A stretch of 64,000 nucleotides of DNA from Mobula hypostoma (lineage: Eukaryota), in contig NC_086107.1 of assembly GCF_963921235.1 (NCBI RefSeq), positions 106,518,001-106,582,000 of the forward strand, given 5' to 3'. Under the pieces are notes generated by a model. It made no database searches, had not been told where the DNA came from, and saw nothing but the letters and a program-made list of their open reading frames with translations. Positions 1 to 12,800 of this stretch are shown here, piece after piece; within the stretch, counting starts at the first letter, position 1; every line of letters starts with the position of its first letter. Both the position numbers and the translations under genes were made by a program.

Positions 1-1800
1 GTACCTCCCTGCTCCTGTACTCGAATCCTCTTGCTATGAATGCCAGCATACCATTTGCCTTTTTCACCGCCTGCTGTACTTGCATGCCCACTTTCAATGA
101 CTGGTGTATAATGACACCCAGGTCTCGTTGCACCTCCCCTTTTCCTAATTGGCCACCATTCAGATAATATTCTGTTTTCCTGTTTTTGCCACCAAAGTGG
201 ATAACCTCACACTTATCCACATTAAATTGCATCTGCCATGAATATGCCCACTCACCCAACCTATCCAAGTCACCCTGCATCCCCTTAGCATCCTCCTCAC
301 AGCTAACACTGCCACCCAGCTTCGTGTCATCCGCAAACTTGGAGATGCTGCATTTAATTCCCTCATCTGAGTCATTAATATATATTGTAAACAACTGGGG
401 TCCCAGCACTGAGCCTTGCGGTACCCCACTAGTCACTGCCTGCCATTCTGAAAAGGTCCCGTTTATTCCCACTCTTTGCTTCCTGTCTGCCAACCAACTC
501 TCCACCCACACCAATACCTTACCCCCAATACCGTGTGCTTTAAGTTTGCACACTAATCTCCTGTGTGGGACCTTGTCAAAAGCCTTTTGAAAATCCAAAT
601 ATACCACATCCACTGGTTCTCCCCTATCCACTCTACTAGTTACATCCTCAAAAAATTCTATGAGATTCGTCAGACATGATTTTCCTTTCACAAATCCATG
701 CTGACTTTGTCCGATGATTTCACCGCTTTCCAAATGTGCTGTTATCACATCTTTGATAACTGACTCCAGCAGTTTCCCCACCACCGACGTTAGGCTAACT
801 GGTCTATAATTCCCCGGTTTCTCTCTCCCTCCTTTTTTAAAAAGTGGGGTTACATTAGCCACCCTCCAATCCTCAGGAACTAGTCCAGAATCTAAAGGGT
901 TTTGAAAAATTATCACTAATGCATCCACTATATCTTGGGCTACTTCCTTAAGCACTCTGGGATGCAGACCATCTGGCCCTGGGGATTTATCTGCCTTTAA
1001 TCCCTTCAATTTACCTAACACCACTTCCCTACTAACATATATTTCCCTCAGTTCCTCCATCTCACTGGACCCTCTGTCCCTTACTATTTCTGGAAGATTA
1101 TTTATGTCCTCCTGAGTGAAGACAGAACCAAAGTAGTTATTCAATTGGTCTGCCATGTCCTTGCTCCCCATAATCAATTCACCTGTTTCTGTCTGTAGGG
1201 GACCTACATTTATCTTAACCAATCTTTTTCTTTTCACATATCTATAAAAGCTTTTACAGTCAGTTTTTATGTTCCCTGCCAGTTTTCTCTCATAATCTTT
1301 TTTCCCCTTCCTAATTAAGCTCTTTGTCCTCCTCTGCTGGACTCTGAATTTCTCCCAGTCCTCAGGTGAGCCACTTTTTCTGGCTAATTTGTATGCTTCT
1401 TCTTTGGAATTGATACTATCCCTGATTTCCCTTGTCAGCCACGGGTGCACTACCTTCCCTGATTTATTCTTTTGCCAAACTGGGATGAACAATTGTTGTA
1501 GTTCATCCATGTGATCTTTAAATGCTTGCCATTGCATATCCACCATCAACACTTTAAGTGTCATTTGCCAGTCTATCTTAGCTAATAAACGTCTCATACC
1601 TTCAAAGTTACCCTTCTTTAAGTTCAGAACCTTTGTTTCTGAATTAACTATGTCACTCTCCATCTTAATGAAGAATTCCACCATATTATGGTCACTCTTA
1701 CCCAAGGGGACTCTCACGACAAGATTGCTAATTAACCCTTCCTCATTGCTCAATACCCAGTCTAGAATAGCCTGCTCTCTAGTTGGTTCCTCGACATGTT
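1..1800 (-). mobile_element. CR1-clade LINE ORF2 (end of APE endonuclease plus RT), 5'-truncated, runs off the window edge
   Basis: Hand translation of 1798->2 is stop-free for 599 codons and includes SDHN, KSPGPDGLHP, NYRPVSLTS, YLDFQKAFDKV, SGVPQGSVLGP and FADDTK. Confidence 0.95.
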
Positions 1801-2202
1801 AGAAGAGGAGAGTGGACTATAGGGAAAAGGGAAGGACGAGGGGACTCAGAGGGGAAGTAATAGGTAGGTGAGAAGTAGTAAAATGTTAGAGTGGGGAATA
1901 GAGGAAGGAGGAGCTAGGGGAATTTTGTTCAAAGGAAGGAGAAATCAGCATTCATACCATCAGGTTGGAGGGTACCCAGATGGAATATAAGGTGTTATCC
2001 CTCCACTCTGAGTGTGGCATCATCTTGGCACAAGAGGAGGCCATGGATCAACACATTGGAACAGGAATGAGAATTGGAATTAAAATATTTGGCCACCGGG
2101 AAGTCCCACTTGTGGCAGATGTCACGGAGGTGCTCAACAAAGCTGTCCCCCAATTTACAATGGGTCTCACCAATGTAGAGGAGGCCACATCGGGAGCACC
2201 CT
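1801..2202 (-). mobile_element. Penelope-like element fragment
   Basis: Shares sequence with 15622-16270 (caggttggag...gatggaatat, ggccac.gggaa.tccc) and has a purine-rich 3' part. Confidence 0.6.
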
Positions 2203-4035
2203 AAGAAATTACTGCAGTGACAGGTGGTTAAATGGCTGAAACAGTCAGCAGAAACAACCTGCTGAGTTCTACATACTAAACTTACAGACCAAAGTGTTTG
2301 TTAAAACATATTTCCTGGGAGTGCCCACCAAATCATTTGGTGGTTGAGGAGGTGGCGGAGGCAGTGAGGAAAGAGGGAAGAAACTGCATTCAGCATCTAT
2401 TTCATCTGGTGATGTACATTCAATTGGTGTACTGTCAGCAGAACTTGAAGTGTTATATTTATTTTATTTAGAGATATGGCCATTCCAGTCCTTCGAACCA
2501 CACTGTCCAGTAACCCCAATTTAACCCTAACCTAAACAAGTTATCTGTCACCCAAACTTACTAATCTACAACATTTGTCAGTGATAATAACCCCACTTCT
2601 GATTCAAAGTTCAAATTAAACTTATTACCAAAGTGTGTAATTTTCTTGCAGGTATTCACAGTAGAACGGAGAAATACAATAGAATCAATGAAAAACGACA
2701 CTGATTCTAATGTACTCTGAGAGTCCAAGCCCAAGAGGGTGTGGTAACCAACAATTCACTGACAGTGTAAGCTGACAATTTGCTGTTAAAGATGAGAACC
2801 CTTCACACAAAGCTGAAATGTCAAAACCTGTTTCTCATACAAGTTATCAATGAATAGCTGAGACTGTAACCGATTACTGCTTAGTCACATCCTGTCCATC
2901 AGAGTTTCCGGCCACTGACCCTGTTCTCTGTTCACCACAGTTCAAGCAATTTCTTAACTGGACTATCGAAAAAAATACTATAGAAAATAAGTCAGGCTCT
3001 TCAGCCCACCATATCTATGTGGAGCCGATGCCAATCAAAATTAATCCTCTTTGCTTGCACACTCTCCATATTCCCTACCCGTTTGTGCACCTGTCTAAAT
3101 GCCTATCAAACCTGCTCCCAGCACCTCCCCAGGCAATATGATCCAGGCTTTTACCACTCTCTGTGTAGAAAAGTTGCCTAGCAAATCTTCTGTAAACTTT
3201 CCCCCTCTCACTTTAAACCTGCACCCCGTATTTGAATGGGTTTTGCTGCCTGCTCGCTCTGTGGAACATACTCTCTCCTTGGCACTACAGGGGTCACAAG
3301 GAGAAGAGCCATCAGGACCATCAGAGGGTGCTGAGCGAACCTCCAGATAGCTATGGGTCAAGAGATTTGACCTGTAGACCAATGCTGCTGGGCCTCAAGC
3401 CTGGCTGGGTCGCCTGGCTGAGGGTATTTGATGTTGAAAGACCTGAAGCACATGACGACCCCAGGATACATCACTAATGTGTCCCAGCACATCCCAGGAT
3501 GTCTCAGCAACCCCCTGATAATGAATCCTGTCTATGTATCTCTTACATATTGTATTTTAGGTCGTTCCTCAGCCTCAGACGCTCCAAAGAAAACAATCCA
3601 AGTTTGTTCAACTTCTTATAGGTAGTACACTGCAAACCTGGTGAACCTCTTTTGCACCATCTCCAAAGCATCCATATGCTTCCTGTAATGTGGCAACCAG
3701 AAGTGCACACAATGCTCCAAATGTGGCCCAACCAAAGTTTTATACAGTTGCAGTATGACTTCCCAACTTTCAGACTCAATGCCACAAAGCAGCATGTTTT
3801 ATGCCTTCTTTAGCACTTTGTCCACTGCCATTTTCAAGGAGCTATGGACTTGAATCCCAAGATGCCTCTGTACATCAAAGCTCCTAAGAGTCCTTCCTCT
3901 TGCGTTTGACCTCCCATGGAGACAATACCTACTGCCTGCCTCATCAATTATCTTCATCTCTTCCTCAAAGAACTCATTAAATTTTGAGAGATAGCCCTTC
4001 TCCCAAACCAAACCAAGTACAATTAAATCCTCAAG

Positions 4036-4271
4036 GGGAAGGGGAGGCGACGTCAACTCAGACCATGAGAGGTCCGCGTCGGGCATTTTCATGCCTTACA
4101 AGGCACAGATTGGAAGTCTGTGTGGGACGCCACTCCTCGCACAGACTAGAGCAATGTGTGGTTAAGTGCCTTGCTCAAGGGCACAAACATGCTGCCACAG
4201 CTGAGGCTCGAACTAGAGACCTTCATTATCACTAGACAAGCACCTTAACCACTTGGCCACGTGCCCAACAC
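4036..4271 (-). mobile_element. tRNA-derived SINE with 11-bp TSD; a partial copy lies at about 30970-31140 (+)
   Basis: A box TGGCCAAGTGG and B box GTTCGAGCC on the minus strand; AAATCCTCAAG duplicated at 4025-4035 and 4272-4282. Confidence 0.8.
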
Positions 4272-7200
4272 AAATCCTCAAGAATCTCCTCTAATAACTT
4301 CTTTACGAATCAACCTATAATTTTCTGGTTTATCCCCAATGTCCTTCTTAAAGAAGGGAACAACATTAACTATTTACTGGCACCTCGCCAATGACTAAAG
4401 ATCTCTGACGAGCCTCCAGCAATTTCCTCAGTGTCCCAGGATAAACCCCATCACTCTCTGGTGGCTGACTGATCAATTAATTAATTAATTAATTACAGCC
4501 TGGTAACAGGCCTTTCCAGCCCAACAAGCCCACCTCACCCAATTAACCCAGTTATACCAATGTGACCAATTAACCTACTAACCTGTACGTCTTTGGAGTG
4601 TGGGAGGAAACTGGAACACCCAGAGGAAACCCACATGGTAATAGTGAGAATGCACAGACTCCTTTTAGACAGTGGCGGAAATGAACTGGGTCGTTAGTGC
4701 TGTAAAAGTGCTATGTTAACTGCTATAGCGTCCAAATGTTTTTTATCCACTTACCCATCTTAATGTTTCTCAAGACACCCAGTAACCCTACTTAACATTC
4801 ACAAACCTACAATATCAATATATCCCTAATCTCATCATCATTCATCTCCTTCTCTTTGGTGAGTACTAATGTGAAGTACTCATAAAGGACCTCACCCACC
4901 TCTTCTGGCTCCACGCATAAATTTCATCTTTCATCCTTGAGAGGACCTACTGTTTCCCTAGTTATCCTCTTGCTCCTAATATAGGTATAAAATGCCATGG
5001 ATTCTCCTTTCTTCTACTTGTCAAGGACATTTCATGGCCCCTTAAGCCTCCTAATTTCTTGGTTAATTCTGGTCTGCTTTGTTTACATTATTCAAGAGCC
5101 TTGTCTAGGTAGGAAGAGAAATGAGGCCCTAAACTGAGAATTTGAAGAATTAGGTAGAAAGTTAAAATGCATTAAAAATACATTCCAAAGACATACAGGT
5201 TCGGGTTAGTAGACTGTGGGCTTGCTACGTTGGCCGGAAGCATAGTGACACTTGCAGGGTGCTGCTCAGCACATAGTTGGATTGTCGTTGACATAAATGA
5301 TGCATTTCATAGTATGCTTTGGTTTCAGTGTACATGTGGCAAATAAAACTAAACTATCTGACAAAGTTTCTTGGGGGGGGGGAAGCATTTTGGGAAGCAG
5401 GATCTCTAAGGCTATAATCTCGGATCATTCTGTATGCTGGTGAGTTCGGAAGTAGATAGGCAGCAGTTGAACGCATGGCCGAAGAGCTGTTTCAATACCT
5501 GGATTACTTCTAGGGATCGCAGCAGTGATCTGAACAAGGACAGGCTACACCTAAACTGATGGGACGTTTGCTAATGATGTTTCGGATGGTTTAAACTAGC
5601 GTGGCAGAGGGGTGTGTGAAATAGCAAGTAGGTCAGCAGGTGGCTGAGGAGAAGGTAGAGATTAAGTCAAGTAACTCTAATAGGCAGGGCCAGGATAATG
5701 AACATTGCAGGAATGATGATCTGAAATGTGTTTATTTTCAGAGTATAATGGGTAATGCTAACAATCTTAGAGCCTGGATTTGCGAGGACAAACCAGCGTA
5801 GGGCTTACATGGTGAGCAGTAGGGCACTGAGGAGTGTGGTAGAACAGAGGGGTCTGGGAATACAGATCCATAATTCTTTGAAAGGGGAGGCCAGGTAGGT
5901 GGGGTTGAAAAGAAAGTGGCATCACAGGCAGATTGGGTGTAAAGAAAGCTTTTGGCACATTGGCCTTCATAAATCACACTTCTGGTGCTAACACAGCATG
6001 CCCACAACTCACTAACCCTAACCTGCACGTCTCTGGAACATGGGAGGAGACCAGAGCACACGGCAGAAACCCACGCGATGATGGGAAGAACATGCAAACT
6101 CCTTACAGGCAGAAGGGAAAGTTGAACCCCAACTGGCGATTGCAGATGCTGTACAGTGGTGCATTAACTGCAATGCTACCATGCCGTACTGAAGAACTCA
6201 GTATGAAACACTGAGTGTTGATATCCACTCAGTATTAAACACTGAGCAGAAGGAAGTATGCATTAGAATGTAGCCCAAAGACGCTGTAGAGTACAAATAC
6301 TAGCATCTTCTCATCTGGAGACTATTCATTACAATGCCAAATAACTACATTTACATTATTGCTGGTAGTGGTGTCAGGGTAGGAACTTTATATGGGCAAC
6401 ACTTTTTTTCCTGTTTTCCATGGGTAAAGAGAATACAGCTGCTTCATTTTATGGAGTATCCCAAAATGTTTTATAGAATAACAATACTTTCAAAGAATCA
6501 CACCCAGCCAAAATGATTGGGTCTTGTCTCTCAGTCTGCAAGAATTCAAAGTGACTCAATCAGGCCCCCATCTGTTTACTGCCAATCATTAGTAAGACGA
6601 TGTATTGACGACACCTACTCACTGGTGTGTTTCACCCAGACCACTCCGCACCAGATCTTATCACAGCCCTGGTGCAAACACCTATTCCCCAGAAGAGAGA
6701 TGAGAGGAACTGCCTTGTGGAAAAACTCTCCAGTGATTGAAGTCAATCCTTGCACAACAGAAGGTAGTTGTGAGTAGTGGAAGTCATCAGTACATCACAG
6801 GAACCAGCCTCCCCTCTAGGGGCTCTGTCTGTACTTCTCGCTGTCTCAGTAAAGCTGCCAGCAGAATCAATGACCTCACCCACCCACATATTCTTTCTTC
6901 TACATCCTCCCATCAGGCAGAAGATACAAAAGCCTGAAAGCATTGTATCCCACTGTTAACAGACTCTTAAATGGACTTCCTGGATGAAAAGATGGATTCT
7001 TACCTCATAATCTACCTTGTTATGAAATTACACTTTATCATTTACCTGCATTTTTTCCTATAACTTTTACACTTTATTCTGCATTGTTATTGTTTTACCT
7101 TATTCTAGCTCCATATGCACTGCATAATGATTTGATCTGTACAAACAGTATGCAGGACAAGCTCTTCACTGTATCTAGGTACACATGTCAATAATAAACC

Positions 7201-7530
7201 AATACCATTCTGAGCCCCAGAATATCACTATAGGTGTTATGTGCTGGTCCAACTATTTTCAGCTGCTTTGACAATCACTTTTCTTCCATCTCAAGAATCA
7301 TTTTCTGATGATTGTACATTGATCATTTCTATTACAATCCTCAATAAATGAAACAGGCCATGCCTACATACCTCAAGACCTAGAATTCAGGTATGAGTTG
7401 ATAAATGGCAAGCAATACTCATGCCACAAAAACCACCAGACAATCACTAGCACCATCAAGACAATCGAATGATCTACCCTTGATGGAGAGTTCCCACTTG
7501 CCAACAACACTTAAGAAACTCAATACCATC

Positions 7531-8029
7531 TGTAGATGCCATGCAGCTATTTTCTGTCTGTATTGTATTTTGTGGTGCATTTATTACGGTCACCTGTCAC
7601 GTGGGTTGGGGCATTGTAGAAGCAAATAAGTATAGTGACGTATTCATGCTTTGTTTAGTTTAGTCGAGTTGACATGAGAGGGTAAGCAACAGAAGGCTAT
7701 TATTTTTTGTTGATCACTAACTTAGTTCGACTGCTTAGTTACACTAATTGGGACATTATTGGAACGCTAACTAGATCGCTAACTTCACTTAAATACATTA
7801 GTTCGACTACAAATTTTGTTAATTCGCTAATTGGAATGCTATATTGCTAATTTAGTTCAGTTAGTTTTATATCACCACAAAATTGTTTGTCTTTGCTGGT
7901 TTCGCAATAAAGGATCGGACGTACCCTTCTCGAATTTGGAACTTTGTTATTTTGGAAGTGCGCCATACAGTGTCGATCTCCTGGCTTAATCTCCCAGCAG
8001 TTTCGGTTTGTTTTAAAGTAACTGCTACA
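7531..8029 (+). mobile_element. Solo LTR (499 bp)
   Basis: TGTAG...CTACA termini, perfect 5-bp TSD CCATC (7526-7530, 8030-8034), AATAAA near 7906. The flanks rejoin into an older LINE-like fragment. Confidence 0.8.
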
Positions 8030-8876
8030 CCATCCAGGACAAATCAGCTTGCTCACAAATTGTACCCCATCCACAACCGTAAACATTCAATCTTGGCGTA
8101 ATCAAAACGTTGGAGAGTTATGTGCAATTCAGGTAGCCCCAATACATGAAGGGTGTGGAAGCTTTTGAAAGGGTGCTGCCTGGTTTAGCAGACATGAGGT
8201 TGCACAAACTTGGGTTGTTTTCTCTGGAGCATCAGAAGCTGAGGGAAGACCTGATTGAAGTATGTAAAATTATGAGAGGCAGTCAGTCAGAATCCTTCTC
8301 ACAAGGTAGAAATGTCAAATATTAGAGAACATGCATTTAAGGTGAGAGGGGGAAACGGATATGTGCAGGACAAGCTGTTTTTTTTTAAAAACGCGTAGAA
8401 TGGTCGGTGCATGAAACGGGCTAGCAGGAGTAGTAGTGGAAATAGATATGATAGTGATGTTTAAGAGGCTTTTAGATAGACATATAATTGTGCAGAGAAT
8501 ATAGGGGTATTGATCATTTGTAGGCAGAAGAGATTTAGTTTCATTTGGTGTCGAGTTCAGCACAGACATTGTGGGCTGCAGGATCTGGGCTCCACTCTTC
8601 TATGTGACTGTGGCGCATACAATAACTAAATGCTTTGCAGTTACTTGCCAAAGCCCTTCCCAACTCACATTCTCCATCAGCAAGGACAAAGGTAGCTGAT
8701 GCATGGGAATAACATCATCTGCAAGTTCTTCTCCAAGTCACATAATACCTTAACTTGAAACAGATCACTGGTCTGTGTCACATGCCCTAAAACCTAGAAA
8801 TGCCTGCTCATTAGAGGACCTATTCAAAGGAACTCCAGGATTTTAAGGCGGCAATTTACCACCGCCTTCTCAAGGA

Positions 8877-9238
8877 CCATTATTACGTGCTGTGTCGTAT
8901 GACATGGGCGATCATGATCCATGACCATGATTGTTCTTGGCAATTTTTTCTACAGAAGTGGTTTCTCATTGTCTTCTGGGCAGTGTCTTTACAAGAGGGG
9001 CAACCCCAGCCAGTTTCAATACTTTTCAGAGATTGCTTGCCTGGTCACAAAACCAGGACTTGTGATATGCATCAGCTGCTCACACGACCATCCATCACCC
9101 ACTCCCACAGCTTCACGTGACCCTGATCGGGAGGCTAAGCAGGCGTACACCCTGCCCAAGGGTCACCTGCAAGCTAGCGGAGTGAAGGAGTGCCTTACAC
9201 CTCCTTTGGTAGGGACGTGTCTCCGCCATGCCACCTGA
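8877..9238 (-). mobile_element. SINE with an RTE/Bov-B-like 3' end and a GC-rich structured 5' end
   Basis: Minus-strand 3' part AGAAGACAATGAGAAACCACTTCTGTAG...TTGCCAAGAA resembles Bov-B tails; TTCTCAAGGA duplicated at 8867-8876 and 9239-9248. Confidence 0.65.
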
Positions 9239-9887
9239 TTCTCAAGGATAGCAGGGATAAACAATAAATGCTGGTCTTGTCAATGATGTCTAGATTCTGC
9301 ATAACAAATAAATAAGTAAAAAAAAAACAGATCTTCCTTCACAACCTCTGAATATTTACAGTGTTTTAAAGATAATGAAATATCATATGGAATGTGGTAA
9401 TACAGGATACACACCATTCAGTTTATACACAATGAGCTCCCACAAACAGCCATTTGCTGACAGCCAGAAAGATTTGGGTGAGGGACAAATACTGATCAGC
9501 CACTTGGAATCGCTCCCACAGTTTTCAAAATCAGAATCACCAAAGTTCACAATTGAACCAAAATTGCCTGAGTGATAAGAAGCAGAGGGTAGTGGTGATA
9601 GTAAGTTTATCTGATTGGAAGTCTGTGACTGGTGGTGTACCACAGGAATTGGTGCTGTTTGTGATACAAATTAATGACAGATGTGACTATAGGAGGCATG
9701 TTTAGTAAGCTTGCATATGACACAAAAATTGATGGTACTGGATAGTGGGGAAGGTAGCCTAGGACTACAGTAGGATATCTATCAGTTGGAAATTTAGACG
9801 GACAAATGACAGACGAAATTTAATTCTGACAAGTGTAAGGTGATGCATTTTGGGAAGTCAAATACAGGCAGTCTCTGGGTTACAAAA

Positions 9888-12800
9888 CAGTTGCCGACTA
9901 CAGCCCCGGCACGATGCAGGAACGGCAGGGATACAAGGAGATCCGCACTAAGCTTCGACAGAAGGGGATCGACTCGTTCCTCATATACCCGGCAATTTTG
10001 AGAGTGAATATCAAGGGCATGAAGATGTTGTTTAACTCAGCAGAGGAAGCGAAAGATGCTCTGAAATCATCGCTGCTGGGAGGTATGGAAGAAGACCCTG
10101 GGAGAAGAACTTGCAGATGAAGTCCACACACCCCTCGGGAGGAGATGGAACTGCATTAAGAGCTCGGACCAGCCTGTATGCACACTCTAACAGTCATGGG
10201 CAAGTTAATGTCCTAGGTGTGACGTTTTCTGGTTATTCTTTTATTGGAAAGTCATTCGATGCACTTTTGTATTTAGCTAATTAAGGGGCCAATTTATTTC
10301 TGAGTATTGCAGGTCAGAGTTTTAAGGTAATGGCTCAGTTAACTTGTTAGTACAAGGATAACATGCTAAGGTGATACAAGTCTGCCTAGAATATACATTT
10401 TATCTTTTACTTTCTAAAGTGATATTCAATATACCCAAATGTCATACATCATCAAGAATGAAGCTGAAAAATAGCAGTTTGTTCTGAATAACTTTAGTTG
10501 TACATGTTCATTTCGGGTTATGTCTCCAGTCGACTTGTTTACATTCCCGGGCGCCAGATGTCACTGGTGCCACCGCTAAGAGACGGTCTATTACAGCTAC
10601 AGTCCCTCACAAGAGAGCTGTTGCAGTGTTGATTGTGTGTTATATTTGAGACGGGAATGGTTTTAATTATATAGGTTAACAGGTTTGACCAGTTTTTTTT
10701 TCTTGTCTCTTTGATATGATTGTCTATGAGAACTGCTTTGCCTTTCTAATTTGTTGTGCTAGAAGGGGGCGGTTATTGTCCAGTGTCTGACATTGCTAAG
10801 TGACACTCACAAATGTTACAAAGTAAAGGGTTGAATGGGAGGAGGAGTGGGGGGGGTGGTTAGGGGGTAACTCAGGGCTCCACCACCAACTTACAACAAC
10901 AGATCCAGGGGAAGATGAGCAATACAGATAAATTAGAAAATCTTACTATGTTATCATTTAATATTAGAGGATTAAACTCTCCCTACAAGTGTTCAAAGGT
11001 TTTAGATTTCTTACGCAGAAAGAAAATAGATATAGCGCTGCTACAGGAAACACATCTTGAACCTAATGACATTCCCAGGGTTCAAAACCACTTTTATAAA
11101 CCCATTGTGGCATCAGCTGATGGTACTCGTACGAAAGAAGTTATGATATTAATGAGCTGTAGTATTAATGTATCAACTGAAAGGACTGGCGCCGATAATA
11201 AAGGACACCTAGGTAAAAAAAAGTTGCATTCATTAGCCTATATGCCCCAACTATATTCGAGGTTGAGTTTTTTTCCCTCAATTACCTCACAATTACTGAA
11301 GTTAAGTGACTACCAACTATATGTTCGTTCGGACATGAATGCTTTGGTAAACATTAACCTTGGTAAATTTTCCTCAACTATATCAAGCTCTCAAGAATCT
11401 GCTTCCAAAGCATTTAACCTCTTTCTAATGGATTTAAATTTAACTGATGCGTGGAGGGTGTATAATCCATCTGCTAAAGACTATATCTTCTTCTTCACAA
11501 GACATAAAACTCTCTCTCGGATAGATTACATTCTTCTATCCTCCGGTCTGCTGCCTTTGGTACACTCAATAGAATTTATGCCCAGACATCTATCTGATCA
11601 CAGCCCAGTCATATCTATTTTAATTATGGCAAAATTAAAAATAAGGCTACTAGGTGGAGGTTTAACTCCACTCTTCCAAAAAACGACCAATTTCTAACAA
11701 AACTGACGGAATTTATAAATTTAAATAAAAAGTATTTCGGATGTGACAGTGATTTGGGCCTCCATCAAGGGTTTCTTACGAAATAATGCTATATAGTTCA
11801 GTTCCCATCAACATAAAAGCCGGCTTCAAAAGATTTCCAGCCTAGAAGAAGAATGTAAGGTTTTGGAGAATGATCTCAAAAGGAGATACACCATAACAAA
11901 AGAAAATGAGCTCAAAACAAAACAAGCAGAATTAAATGATTTATTAAGAAGCAGGGCAGAATATATGATCCATATAACCAAACAAAAGTATTATGCAGAA
12001 GGCAGCAGACCGAGCCATCTTTTGGCACTAACGCTCAAACAACAGGAAGCTATAAGGTCTATACCAGCGATTATGATGTGCTAAACGTGGGGAAGTATCT
12101 TCAACAGAGGAAATAAATGAGACATTCAAGAATTACTTTAAAGAACTGTATACAAGTGGCTCAGTTCCTTCTGAGAATGACTTCACAGATTTTTTTAGTG
12201 GATTATACTTCCCTATGTTGTCATTGGAGGACACCAAAACTCTAGACTCTCCTATTACACTGGATGAGCTACTTAAAGCAGTCAAAGCTACAAATAAGGG
12301 CTGTACGCCAGGTATAGATGGTGCAAAAACACTAAATTATGCTTTTGGAAATGGTGCTTTCCATAGAGATCTAAGCACAGCCCTGATCACAGTTATACCT
12401 AAGCCCAGTAAGGACCCCTTGGAGTGTGCCAATTACCGTCCAATCTCCTTGATAAATGCCAACCTCAAGATATTTTCCACAGTCTTAGCCAGTAGACTTG
12501 AGACAGTAGTTGGGAAAATAATTAGCCCAGATCAAACGTGCTTTATCAGGGGATGTCATGTATCTGATAATATTCGCCCGCTCTTACACATACTGAGTGC
12601 AACACAAAAAATCCCACTTGCCTGTGGCCTGCTATTTCTAGATGCTGAAAAAGCGTTCGATCTCCTTGAATGGGAATCTTTGGAGCATTCTAAAAAAATT
12701 TAAGTTTGGCGATAAATTTATCAATATGATTCAAAGGTGTTTCTCCCTCCCCAGATTAAGGTTACAATGAGGTCCTCTACTTGGATATTAAAGTTAATAC

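Noticed and set aside
186..590. 134-aa plus-strand ORF
   Set aside because: Antisense shadow of the CR1 RT frame.
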